A stretch of 63,940 nucleotides of DNA, counting the filler, from Reticulomyxa filosa (lineage: Eukaryota > Protista > Foraminifera), in NCBI GenBank assembly GCA_000512085.1. It is 14 parts of 14 records of this genome, joined end to end, with 100 filler letters (N's around TTAATTAATTAA, not from the genome) between each part and the next. Parts side by side here need not be neighbours in the genome. Positions count along the whole stretch, not along the records: positions 22,712 to 25,095 come from ASPP01009141.1; positions 25,196 to 27,114 come from ASPP01001857.1; positions 27,215 to 28,268 come from ASPP01010019.1; positions 28,369 to 29,407 come from ASPP01049923.1; positions 29,508 to 32,191 come from ASPP01025125.1; positions 32,292 to 39,777 come from ASPP01009137.1; 8 more parts are not named here. One strand, written 5' to 3'. A program made the translations under genes and the position numbers. Below are positions 24,205 to 35,696 of the stretch, one piece after another. Below the pieces are notes generated by a model. The model was given only the letters and a program-made list of their open reading frames with translations. It searched no databases and was not told where the DNA came from. Within the stretch, counting starts at the first letter, position 1; each line of letters begins with the position of its first letter.

Positions 24205-25077
24205 TTATTTAGTCCAAGTTCCACTTTGTTGTGATCGCTGTAAAGCATGGTCGCCATTCTCATTTCCATTGTGATTGCAGCCTTGATGGCAATTGATACC
24301 AGTAGAATGATGGTGAGAATTTGGATTGTGATTGTTGTTATTGTTGTTGTCATTATCATCATTATGATTATTATGATTATTATTATCATCATCGTTATCA
24401 TTGTCATCATCATATATACCAAACTCCTGATTGATATCACAGTCACTGGCAATGACATCTTCATCACTGGAAGGAAATTGGACAAGATCAGGATGACAAT
24501 CTTTTCCAAAAATATGTGGTAAAAGACGATTAACACGCCAAAGACGTTTCATTTCTTGGATACTAACTAAATCATTTTGCCAATGTTGATTAGAAGAAAG
24601 TTGATGAGAAGAAAGAAAATCAAAAATAGATTGAATATGTAATTGGAGAATATGATATAAAGGTTGAATAATATAAAGATAATCATTATGAATATTTCGA
24701 TGTAAGCGTATACAATTAGTAAAAATAGAAGGTAATAAATAAAATAAACGAAATAAATGTTCAAAACCATAAATATGTCGTGGTAAAATATTATATTTAA
24801 TAAAATATTTTTTAATTAAATGTGTTTGATGTAATTCACCAATATCTTTATATTGTAATTGTGATATAAATGCATCAAATAAATCCATTAATAAATTTAT
24901 TACTCCATTTAATTCTGAGCATTTTTTTGTAATATCTTTATCTTTATCTTTTTCTTTTTCTTTTGATATATTTATTGTATTCATCCAATTTGTTGTTAAT
25001 TCATTATAACAACGTTGCATTAAACCATTTACTGTTTCATTAGATTTTTTTGGTAATTCTATTACATATGGTTCTCT
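24205..25077 (-). CDS. MRG-domain protein (MRG15/Eaf3-like), C-terminal exon
   Basis: IELPKK...TVNGLM...ELNGVINLLMDLFD...LQYK...PRHIYGFEHLFRLFYLLP matches the MRG signature P-x-x-IYG-x-EHL-x-RLF-x-x-LP. D/N-rich tail. 5' part cut by the contig end. Confidence 0.75.
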   Translation of the reverse strand, partial: REPYVIELPKKSNETVNGLMQRCYNELTTNWMNTINISKEKEKDKDKDITKKCSELNGVINLLMDLFDAFISQLQYKDIGELHQTHLIKKYFIKYNILPRHIYGFEHLFRLFYLLPSIFTNCIRLHRNIHNDYLYIIQPLYHILQLHIQSIFDFLSSHQLSSNQHWQNDLVSIQEMKRLWRVNRLLPHIFGKDCHPDLVQFPSSDEDVIASDCDINQEFGIYDDDNDNDDDNNNHNNHNDDNDNNNNNNHNPNSHHHSTGINCHQGCNHNGNENGDHALQRSQQSGTWTK

Positions 25078-25213
25078 CTATTATTATATTATTTTNNNNN
25101 NNNNNNNNNNNNNNNNNNNNNNNNNNNNNNNNNNNNNNNTTAATTAATTAANNNNNNNNNNNNNNNNNNNNNNNNNNNNNNNNNNNNNNNNNNNNTTTTT
25201 TTTTTTTGATATG

Positions 25214-25712
25214 CTATAATGACGTACCTTTTCGGACATTAATCCCATCTTGACTTAGCTTTTTCCATTCGAAAAATGCAAAGATTGGCTTCACGATTAA
25301 CACAAACACTCCCATAACCGTTCGAAATGTAGAGACGTGGCCGAATACAATCAATGATATGAAGTCAGTGAACATACTCAACACATACAGATACCAACAA
25401 ATCAAACGGTTACTGTTGGATCCCACAAAGACTACACGCATCAAAAATATCAATACTAAGCCGTTGACGAGAAACCATAGCATTCCTATTTTTTTTCGAT
25501 TTTGTTTTTTATCTCTTTTATTAGCCATCCCCAAAGGATTTTTTTTTTGCAACAAAAAAAGTTTGCCTTGGGAATATCTTCCACATACTACGTACAAAAG
25601 AACAAGGAAAAAACTTACCCAAGTTGAACCATCTATCACTTGATATGGCCAATGAAAAAAACAAAATGTGCCAAGCTAAAGCGACTTGCTGACTAAAAAT
25701 ATCAAAGCCCAT
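25214..25712 (-). CDS. Small 4-TM protein, AGTRAP-like
   Basis: Splicing intron 25486-25618 gives MGFDIF..LAWHILFF..NL|GMLWFLVNGL...MFTDFISLIVF...FRTVMGVFVLIVKPIFAFF. The His, Asn, Asp and F..M....KP spacing resembles the AGTRAP family as recalled. Confidence 0.45.
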
Positions 25713-27214
25713 GCTTATCTTAGGAGGATGATTAACAACAACCAAAAAAGTTTCACTTAATTACTGGACACTTTTCTCGGGTTTGCTTAATTCAAAGTAA
25801 CACCGACTAGTAAACAGTTTAAATTTGAAAATTCTTTGAAACGAAAATTACAAACTTTTACTTTATCTGTCTGAGATTAAGCAAAATGCTGGTTTCAAGT
25901 AATAATAAAATTATTGATGCAATCAAAAATGAAGACAAAGTTTAAATAAAATTATATTTACATAACGCGCAAAATTCTCAAAATATATTGTAAATAATAA
26001 ATATTTCAATTTGAGTAATTGGAAGGTGTTGGTGATGTTTTTTTTCTTTGATAACCCTTTCGATGTCTCATTATTTTGGTTAACCCTTATTCAAAAAGCT
26101 TGGACAATGTGAAAGCGCGCGACGGTTGAATGCAATGTTGTTTGATTTGGTGGAATTTGATGAAGATGGACAAATTTTTCCAGAATCAATAATTATTCCA
26201 TTTACCGACTGTTGCAACGTTTCTTACACGATTAACTGCATGTTTTGAATGCAATGTAAGTATTACACGAAGACCAGAACATTGTATTATTTATGTTCAT
26301 AAAATTCTTTGGAATCGATGTTTAGTGAAAAAATATGGATTTTTTTGTTGTGATTGTTCAATTTTTTTTTATAAATAATTTTATCTTTGAAAAAAATATG
26401 AACTGGAAAAAAAAGTATTGTATGAAAAATTATATCATGTAACAAAATAATCAAATAATAGTGTTTTATACTAAATCAAAGGCAGTACTGTATGTGTTAT
26501 GTTACTGTGATATTTTAGGTGTTAAAAGCACGTACTGTCTGGTACTGTGACAGCTGGTGAAGGTCTTATGAAGATTTGTATAATGTCTGGCAAATATTTT
26601 TTTTTTCATCAAAAATATTATTAAGTCATATTTTTGGTAATAGTATAGAGTCAATGAAGAAATTTATTTGATGCATTGGCTATGTTGTGACTATTAGATT
26701 ATCTATTTTTATTTTTGTGAAAAATACAATTTACATATAAATTAAGAGCAAATTGATGTTTTCAATTAATTACAGTAAATTGCAAAAAAACTGACATACA
26801 TAAATGTCACTATATGAAGAGAATTGATTTTCTTCTTGAAAAATAAAGATTAAAAACTAATTTTTTAAAAATATATATACTAATATTGTAGTTTTTAAAT
26901 ATTAAATTAGTTTTATCGTAATTTTTAGCAAAATTTTGAAAACTTTTTTTTGATTATTTGAAATTTTTTTTGTTAAAAATTTGTTTTTTTTAATGTTTTT
27001 ACCATTTCGTTGGTTTTTCTTGTGCCATTGATTAAAGTTTCAATTCTCCTTGGCCTTGACTCAACTATAGCATCTTGACATAGTTAAATGTCATTTTTTT
27101 CAAATATTTTTTCANNNNNNNNNNNNNNNNNNNNNNNNNNNNNNNNNNNNNNNNNNNNTTAATTAATTAANNNNNNNNNNNNNNNNNNNNNNNNNNNNNN
27201 NNNNNNNNNNNNNN

Positions 27215-27726
27215 TCTTGCTGGGCCGTCCCAACGCCAGCGTCACCCATTTCGGCCACGACAAGCTGTCCACCTTTGGTATCGGCAAAGAGCTGAACCAG
27301 AAAGGCTGGCGCTCGATCATTCGCCAGCTGGTCGCCCGCAAGTTGCTGGTGGTGGACGTGGCGCGCGGCCAGTCGCTGCTGCTTACCGACGCCTGCCGGC
27401 CGCTGCTGAAAGGGCAGGAAAGCATCGCACTGCGTCCGCTAGCGGATGACCGCAAGCGCCAGAGCGTCCACGCCGAGCGCTGGTTGCGTACCGAACGCGA
27501 AGAGCGGCTATGGCAAGCGCTGCGCCGCTGGCGCAAGCACACCGCCGACGAACACAACGTACCGGCGTACGCGGTGTTTTCCGACAAGAGCCTGCAAGAG
27601 CTGGTGCTGCAAAAGCCGCAGACGCTGGCGGCACTGCGCAAGATTTACGGCTTGGGCGAGCTGAAGGTGGCACGTTATGGCGAGCAACTGCTGCAAATCC
27701 TGCAGCAAGGGTTGGCCGCAGAGTAG
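27215..27726 (+). CDS. recQ: Bacterial ATP-dependent DNA helicase RecQ, C-terminal RQC and HRDC domains (5' truncated)
   Basis: GHDKLSTFGIGKEL...WRSIIRQLVA (RQC winged helix) and LWQALRRWR...NVPAYAVFSDKSL...IYGLGELKVARYG (HRDC). GC-rich, intronless. Confidence 0.95.
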
Positions 27727-27796
27727 CCCGGGGCTTGCATGGCATTGCTGCACCTGCGCAGTTACAATGCGCGACATCAAATATCGGAGAAACGCC

Positions 27797-28268
27797 ATGC
27801 CCGTGAATCTCAACCCCATCGACAATGCCAGCCCTCGCCCCATTCGCTGGTGTAGACCTGGCGTATGCCGAAGCCGGCATCAAGAAGCCTGGCCGCAAAG
27901 ACGTGCTGGTGATCCGCATCGACAAAGGCAATACCGTGGCCGGCGTCTTCACGCAAAACCGCTTCTGCGCCGCGCCGGTGCAGATCTGCAAACAGAATCT
28001 CGACGCTGGCGTGCAGATCCGCGCGCTGGTCATCAATACCGGTAACGCCAACGCCGGTACCGGCGAATCCGGCCGCCAGAACGCCCGCGCCGTGTGCGAA
28101 GCACTGGCACAAGAACTCGACTGCCTGCCGGAACAGATCCTGCCGTTCTCCACCGGCGTGATTCTGGAACCGCTGCCGGTAGACAAGATCATCAGCGCGC
28201 TGCCGCAACGCAAGGCCGCTACCTGGGCCGACGCCGCCGAAGCCATCATGACCACCGATGTGGCGCCG
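27797..28268 (+). CDS. argJ: Bacterial bifunctional ornithine acetyltransferase/N-acetylglutamate synthase ArgJ (3' truncated; 1-nt frameshift near 27832)
   Basis: GGAGA Shine-Dalgarno at 27786-27790, ATG at 27797 (MPVNL). Motifs [41 protein letters not shown] and AIMTTD. Confidence 0.95.
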
Positions 28269-29143
28269 NNNNNNNNNNNNNNNNNNNNNNNNNNNNNNNN
28301 NNNNNNNNNNNNTTAATTAATTAANNNNNNNNNNNNNNNNNNNNNNNNNNNNNNNNNNNNNNNNNNNNACAATCAAATTTTTCATTTTCTTTTTCCAAAG
28401 TGTGTAAAAGCTCTTGGAGTTCATCGGAATTATATCCCAAAGCACTTTCCAGCGCACTATCCATCTTTTTATCTTCATTACCACTCCATTCACTCAAAAA
28501 TGTTTTACATCCTCATCACTTTGCACAGTATCTGTACGTGCGTCACTTGCGCCCACATTATTGGCGGTGTTGTCAACTGTGGGTATATCATTACAAACCT
28601 GGCATTATTTATATTATCTCCCATAATTGTTATTATTATTATCAGCATGATCGTGATTGTTATCAGCATGTGGTTTGCCTTGAATGGACGGATCAAAATG
28701 CGTTTCAAAATGTTTGGAGAACAAGACAGATGTGAGCCTTTGTTTCAAATAAAGTTGGAGCAAAGAAAATGAGGTCTATTGAATCGATTACAGTCAAATA
28801 TCTAAATGATAATCGATATCTCAAACGCTGCCAAAATGGCATTTCTGTACCTGCGATACATGCGTTCACTTTCATAAATGGACATGAAGTAATCGAATTC
28901 GAAGACGAAGCAATTGCTCACGCAATTAATAGCATTCTTTCGAATTTGACTTTGACACAAGTGATGACATAGCTATCAGCCATCAAAATTTTTCACCGTT
29001 TGCAATTCATTTAATCGTCGCAGACTGGTTAGTCATGTCGTATTTTTAACCCCAATTCATTCTTTTTATAAACCCTTAGCTCTTAAGTCATAATTCATTA
29101 CAGTAATACAATACTAAACATCAAACAACCCAACCAAGTGGCG

Positions 29144-29274
29144 TTTAAAAAAAAAAGCAAATGAAGACAAAATCAAAAAGAAAAGAATAAATTGGGCGGC
29201 GCCACGGTGTTCCTGGGGCGCCTCCTTATTTTTTCTTTTCTATTTCGATTTTTCCTTCATTCGCTTTTTTTAAA
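29144..29274. repeat. Long imperfect inverted repeat (~60-bp arms) with a GC-rich GGCGCC...GGCGCC core
   Basis: The left arm tttaaaaaaaaaagcaaatgaagacaaaatcaaaaagaaaagaataaattgggcggcgcc aligns with the reverse complement of the right arm ggcgcctccttatt...cttttctatttcgatttttccttcattcgctttttttaaa. Confidence 0.75.
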
Positions 29275-29507
29275 AAATTGGTAATATTCAGATTTAGAGT
29301 TATTATTTTTAACTTTTTTAACTAGTTTTATTATTTTTAACACACAATAGTATTTTGTCCTTTTCATTTTTATTATGTCTTGCCTTTGCCTATATTCCTT
29401 TTTTTTTNNNNNNNNNNNNNNNNNNNNNNNNNNNNNNNNNNNNNNNNNNNNTTAATTAATTAANNNNNNNNNNNNNNNNNNNNNNNNNNNNNNNNNNNNN
29501 NNNNNNN

Positions 29508-30307
29508 AAAATATCGAAAATAATAGATATCTCTGACATTGACGACGACGTGCGCATGATCATTACAAATGCAATCTATTTTAAAGGTGAGTTTGTCCAG
29601 ATGTTTGATGAGAAACTCACGCAAGATAACACCAAGTTTTTCGAAAATTACAAAAGAGAAAAAGTGCTGAGGAAACTCACTATGATGCGTAAAGAAAAGG
29701 TTTATGAACAATGTTTTGTCGATCCCTCCATTGAAATTGTATTTTTGCGATATCGCAAATCAATGTTAAATCTTGTGCTGGTGAAGAAGAAATCCGATGA
29801 TGACCACTCTTCTTTGAGGTAATTTTTTTTTTCTCTTTTTTTCATTTTCAAATTAAAAAAAAATAATCTCCAAAACAAATCTTTTTTGACAACATAATGA
29901 AATGCAAAAAAAGCTTGGAACAGTTAACTACATATGAACAAAAATCTTATCCACGCTTTGTAAACTTGAATGTGCCCAAGTTCAAATGTGAAACGTTAAC
30001 AACACCGATAAGTAATTATCAATCGATGGGAATAAATAAAGCTTTCAACACGTCGGCAGACTTCGATGACATGTTTGACGATAAAGGAATTACGTATATC
30101 AAAGGCATTTATCATAAAGCGCTTATTGAAGTGGATGAAAAAGGAACTGTAGCTGCTGCCGTAACTGCTATTGTGACAAAATCAGGTTGTTGTATGGGAA
30201 CAGAAACAGAACTGCAACCTCTGGAAATAATTTTTGACTCTCCTTTTGACTTTTACATCTATGACTCTGAAAGTCATATCATCCTTTTTTCGGGCTATTT
30301 CTGTTAA
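29508..30307 (+). CDS. Serpin (serine protease inhibitor), 3' part
   Basis: Motifs IITNAIYFKG, VPKFK, ADF, IYHKALIEVDEKGTVAAAVT (inhibitory-type hinge) and FDSPFDFYIYD...ILFSG. Intron 29819-29913. Confidence 0.92.
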
Positions 30308-31119
30308 ACAATTGTACGTCTTTCTCGATTAAAGAACTACAATTGAAATTTATTTAGTTAAATAAAAGTGTTAAGCGCGTGAAAAAGGCATATTTTTCAT
30401 TTTTTTAAGATTTGCATATTAAAGTTTAGAACATTACTCGTCATTTTGTTTTTTTTAATCGATCCAAAAGGCTTTTAATGAATAAAATTACAAGCGATTT
30501 GTTATAATATTATCTTTTTACTTTAATATTGAAAAATACATTTTTAAATGTAAATATCATTTAAAATAATTTTTAATTCTAAAGAAATGCAAAATTTACG
30601 GAAAAGAAAAGCTTTTCTTGGATTGCCGTTTAAGAGTGAATTTAAGATGTGAAGACGATAAACACTGTTTATGTTTGCGGTGACAAACACAATCAACGAA
30701 CATCCTGCTTTTTTTTTAATAAAAACCAACAAACAAACAAAAAAAGAACACACAGCTGTTACAGCAAAAAACAAATAACACAAAGTGCAGGTTTAACGAC
30801 ATACAAACAAAGCATGCAAACACACTAGAAAGAAAAAAAAGTCAAATAAAACAAAATCATAAGACCTTGAAAAAAAAAAGCAAAAGGGTACCTCCAAGCT
30901 CACAAAATTTGGTAAGCTCGTTCAGACATCTTGTGCAATGACTGAATTTGTGCACACAGACTTCCCATGTGTCTTCATTTGCCTTTTTTTTTCTTTTTTG
31001 GTCATATCTTTTTTTGAGCACCCTTTTGTTTGTTTTCCTCCTTTTCCAGTTGGATTTGTGTTTGCACGAAATGTTTTTTTTTTTCCCCAAATACTTTCCT
31101 CCTTTTCAATTGTTTGTAT

Positions 31120-32191
31120 TTACTTTTGTTTTTTCATTTCTTCAAATTTAGCAGCATAATTAACGGTTGGATCGTGTTTGCTCAGCAGAGCAAAAAGATT
31201 TCCGTACCATTGACCTAATAATGGATAATCCAGCTTATCTTCAGCAAAGCTCCTACTTAACTCACCAACTATCTCAATGAACTTTTGGGAAGGAAGTAAT
31301 GATTGCTTGAGAATTTCTGCAACCCAGCGAAGAAACAATGGTTCTATCAAGTCTTTTTTCCACTTCAGACACACATACGAAATTAGATTTGCCCAATTTC
31401 GACTTGTCAACTCATTGATATTTTCCTTCACGAAATCGATTGCGTCGTCTAACACGTAAGTTTGCTCCATTGCATCCATTGCCTCTTTAAAAGATTTGAG
31501 CAGCTTCTTTGACATATCTTGAGGAGGAAGCGGTTGCGTTTCCGAAGTCTTTGTGGTCGTTGTCCAAGACAACTGGCTTCCCTTTTCTTTTGCAGGCGAA
31601 GCCGTTGGTGTTTCTTGTGGCCTTTTGGCTTGATAGCGTAAGTCTTGTGAAGAGCCTCCTGCTTTGGAGCGTCCTCCACCTCGTGCATCTTTTATTTGTT
31701 TGTATTCCCCTATAATATATACTACGAAAACAAAACAAAAGTCAAATCAACACGAAATCAGACCTTTTGCACCCATGAAAGGCTCCTTTTTATTGATAAT
31801 CGCATTGATTTCATCAACACGGAACCGAATTCTTGTTTCCATTGAGTTGGACAAGTTGATCATTTTCGCCAGTGCTTGCTCCATTGCCTTCCTGGTATTG
31901 GTTTGTCGTTGCAACGCCTTGCCACACTGCTGCAACAGCGCACACAACGCTTCAATATCCAATGGCATGACCACGTGTGAATCTTTCTTATGTAGCATTT
32001 CTGCCATTAACGACGTAATCTCATTTTCTTCCATCAACTTGCGGTTGTAAAATTCGCCAATTACAGACATAATCCCTTTTTTTTTTTAAAAAAAAAAAAA
32101 AAAGGTGCAACAACAACCTCCAACATTTGTCTTTAAATTTTTTTTTTAAAAAAACAAACCAAGCAATTTATTTTTGCGAATAATCTTGATT
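31120..32191 (-). CDS. eIF4G-like protein: end of the MIF4G domain plus an MA3-like domain (5' truncated, 3' end uncertain)
   Basis: VIGEFYNRKL...DIEALCALLQQCGKAL...MEQAL...TRIRFRVDEI matches the MIF4G C-terminal HEAT repeats. A downstream helical domain with DKLDYPLLGQWYG is MA3-like. Confidence 0.7.
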
Positions 32192-32291
32192 NNNNNNNNN
32201 NNNNNNNNNNNNNNNNNNNNNNNNNNNNNNNNNNNTTAATTAATTAANNNNNNNNNNNNNNNNNNNNNNNNNNNNNNNNNNNNNNNNNNNN

Positions 32292-35247
32292 GATACAGCA
32301 GCAACATGATAAAAAAAAAGACAACAACAACAACACAGTTAAAACAAAACAAAACAAGACAACTCTGCAAAATAATACACACTTTGTTTTGTGTTTTGCT
32401 TTGATCGTGAATTCACTATTGTATCAAAAAGGCTGCGCAAATACAAACTAACTCACAAACCGAAGGACCTTCAAGCGATTTATTCAATGCAACAATCAAT
32501 GACTGTTTGAATACAATCACAACCACAATCACAGATGAGCCCAAAAGCGGCAATGAACATCCAACTACGACAGAAAACAAAAGTGAAGAGCCAAACTCAG
32601 GATCTCAAGTTACTATCTTTTTTTTTTTTTTTATTGGCATTCAATAAAACATGTGACAAGACTGTATTTGAAAAAGAGATCAGCATATTGTATTAGAAAG
32701 GGAGGGGATTGGGGGGATTGTCATTCAATATAGAAACATAATGAAGATGTTAAGACCAATTTAGAAGAAGGAAAAAAGCCAGTTGAAACAAGCGAGGTAG
32801 AATGGCAAAAAAAAAAAACCCTCCTTTCCAACAAAAAAACAACAACAACAACAAAAACAAATCACTTAATGCGATTTAACGAATGAATAGAATGCTAATG
32901 GCTCGTCATCTCTTGGCAACCAAGAAGAGACCAAAGAACGCCAGGAAGCACAAGGCGCTCCAACCGACAACAAGAACGTCGCAAATGGGGATGATAGCAC
33001 ATTGGTAGCATCAGCGACAACACCTAACTCGATCAATTCTATAGGTAGATGTAACAATGTTTCTTTTCTTTTTCATATTCCAACTTACTGTATTCATTTT
33101 TTTTTTTTTTTTTTAAGTGTGATCAAGTTGAAGATAGTAATAATGATAATAATAATTAGAAGACAATCCAAATGGTGATCAAGCTAAAAAAGAAGAGAAA
33201 GGAGAGAGAGGAGAACCAAAAGTGGTTAATCAATACATTGCGCAGAACGGGAACAATGATAGCACTTTGACCTTTACCCCACCAGAAAATCAACCGCCAA
33301 GCGTACCTGTCGACACAATGAACAGCCCTGCACAACCCTTAATGCATGAAGGAGATAACAACAGCAAACCAACAATAGTGAACCATAGCAGTTCTTTCGA
33401 TTTATTATTTGTTTTTTTTTTTTTTTTTTTTTTCATTTTTGTGATATTTCTTTCATTTTGATATGTTCTTGTTATTGTTGTTGGCAAATCCTCAATGTTC
33501 AGTATATGCATATGCTATTACATATATTTGTAAAAAAAAAAAAAAAAAAAGATGGAGGAGATCTGCCCAACGAATCCAAACCAAACCTGGCCATTGTCAG
33601 TAGTGACGGTAGCAATGAAGTGCAATCGCACACTGGAAAAAACGACATGTCATGCCAAAACTCAAACACAATACCAAGTGAAGTGAGTCATGATGTCGCA
33701 GTCAATAGTCCGTCCAATGAAATAAAACAACACGTGGAAGATAACAAGGATACAAGTGCAAAACAAGTTCAAACATTTCTTTTTTTTATTTTTTTTCCTC
33801 CCTTGCAAATCATTGAAAAAGGGGCCCAAAAAAAAAAAAAAAAAAGTGGAGTCTGTATTTTAAGGTATATATCCCTTCAAGTGGATGATAGCACATTCGG
33901 TAGGCAAATGTTTGTTGCTTATCTAGGTAGGTGTTGAAGTTGAAGAGACCAAGCGTGAAAGTGTCCAATTGTTGACGGAAGGTCAGACACCGAGCGGTGA
34001 TACCTCTGACACTCTCTCTTTGAATGTGCCAGTCACTTTGCAGTCGTCACAGAAGCAGAGCGAGACAGAAGAAGTAAAAGACGAAAAAGAAAGAGAAAGA
34101 GGAGGAGAAGAAGAAGAAGAACAAGGACAAAACACACAGCCTCAATTACAAGTAACACCTTTTCACTACACTTTTTCTCTTTCTCTTTAGTTTATTTGCT
34201 TGTACAAACTCCACTTCTTCCTTTTATATATATATATATATATATATATTCGTGCAAGATTAAGCCTTGCCCTATTTCTGTTGTTTGCAAAACAACTTCA
34301 CTTAGGCTGAGGCTGATACTTCACCTGAACAAGACAAGAGCAGCCAGTCATTGTCTGCCGGATCAGAGCCAGTGAAAGAAAACAGCACAGAGGTAACAAC
34401 GCAAACATGTCTGTCTTTGTAAAAGGAAAAAAGAAGTTAGTCACACGATGTTATTTTGCGTTTGCTCGAATAGCACACAAAGGAACAAGCCCAGACATCT
34501 GAGGTTAGCATTTTAGTTGCAAAGCCGGAGGAAGACAAGGAACATACAAACAGCAGCGAAGCATGCCAGACAAACACGCCAATCCAAGGATTGCCAAATC
34601 TTGAGAAAAAAGAAGAAGAAGAAGTAAAAGAAAAAGAGGAAGGAGTAGAAGAAGAGAAAGTAAAAGAAAAAAAAGAAGAAGAAGAAAAAGAAGCTGTGTC
34701 AAATCTAGACACAAGTATTTCTGACAAAGCATTGGGCACATTACAAGTTAAAAGCTTTTTATATATATATATATGTATATATATACATATATATACCGTA
34801 TGCATATATGCATATACACACACGTATATATGCGAGTAATCGCAATGTACGTATGCACGTATAGCAAATGGTGAGGAAAGGGGGGGGGGTTATTTTGGTG
34901 TGTGTTGATAGGAAAATGGTGCCAGTTCAGGACATGACGGCAAGGTCGATGACATTACGTCATCAACATTAAATTGCGGAGAAGAGCCACTTCCATCGAA
35001 CAGCAGCGATTTGGAGAAGAACGCCGTAGATCCATCAATCACGAAAAACATACATTCCGACAATGAAAAAGAAGAGAAAAAGACATTGGAAGCAACTGAA
35101 GGCTCTGGTTTGTGATTGTTTGTTTGCTTATTTGCCACCTTTTGCTGCAATATTTGTACCGCTTGTTGTTGCAAACAGGCAATTCAAATCAGGAGAGTTT
35201 GAGTCAAGATGTATCACAAACCGCAACTGATGAAATCAAAAGTTGAC
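32292..35247 (+). CDS. Multi-exon acidic, low-complexity (probably disordered) hypothetical protein
   Basis: A series of short E/S/T/N/Q-rich exons separated by GT-AG introns (e.g. 33391-33551). Last exon ends ...TDEIKS-stop near 35247. The 5' end is uncertain. Confidence 0.55.
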
Positions 35248-35696
35248 CCACGGTTCATTGTGGAGTAGGATTTTAAAAGAACGAAAAATATTACCTGTTG
35301 GACACCACGAAATTACAAATATTTCAATATATATCCCTCTTCTTATAATTCAAAACTTTTAGCTGTTTGTGGTAATGTACACTACGTGTGTTGTGAATTT
35401 GAACTTTCGTTCTTGTGCGGAGTTATTTTCACCAACACACTCTTTTTTTTTTTTTTTCATTGAGCATGTATGGCTCCAAATGTAGTCTGCAACAGTTCCA
35501 GCTACTCTTTTGAAAAGTTAACAAAGATTTCAAAAATGTATCTGTCAGATTCTTGAGATTGGCTTGAAAAAATTAAAAAAAAAAATAGAAAGGAGGCAGA
35601 GGGAGAAGAGAGGAATTTTTTTAAAAAAACTCTTGTGAACATTGGAATTTGAAAATATAATATACATAAAAAAATAAAGATATAAAACACAAGTAT

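Noticed and set aside
26060-26300. Coding-like minus-strand remnant (…LRVILTLHSKHAVNRVRNVATVGKW…)
   Set aside because: It has multiple stops and no motif that could be assigned; possibly a decayed element, but unsupported.
27735-27770. Sigma70 promoter for argJ
   Set aside because: TACAAT is a fair -10 box, but there is no convincing -35 at 16-18 bp spacing.
27159-28324. Long overlapping or antisense ORFs on the bacterial contig (e.g. 27383-28255 minus)
   Set aside because: Shadow ORFs expected in GC-rich DNA opposite recQ and argJ.
28400-28972. Short ORFs on the 28369-29407 contig, and similarly at 57851-58117 and 60969-61779
   Set aside because: No recognisable family or consistent exon chain; they may be gene fragments but cannot be supported.
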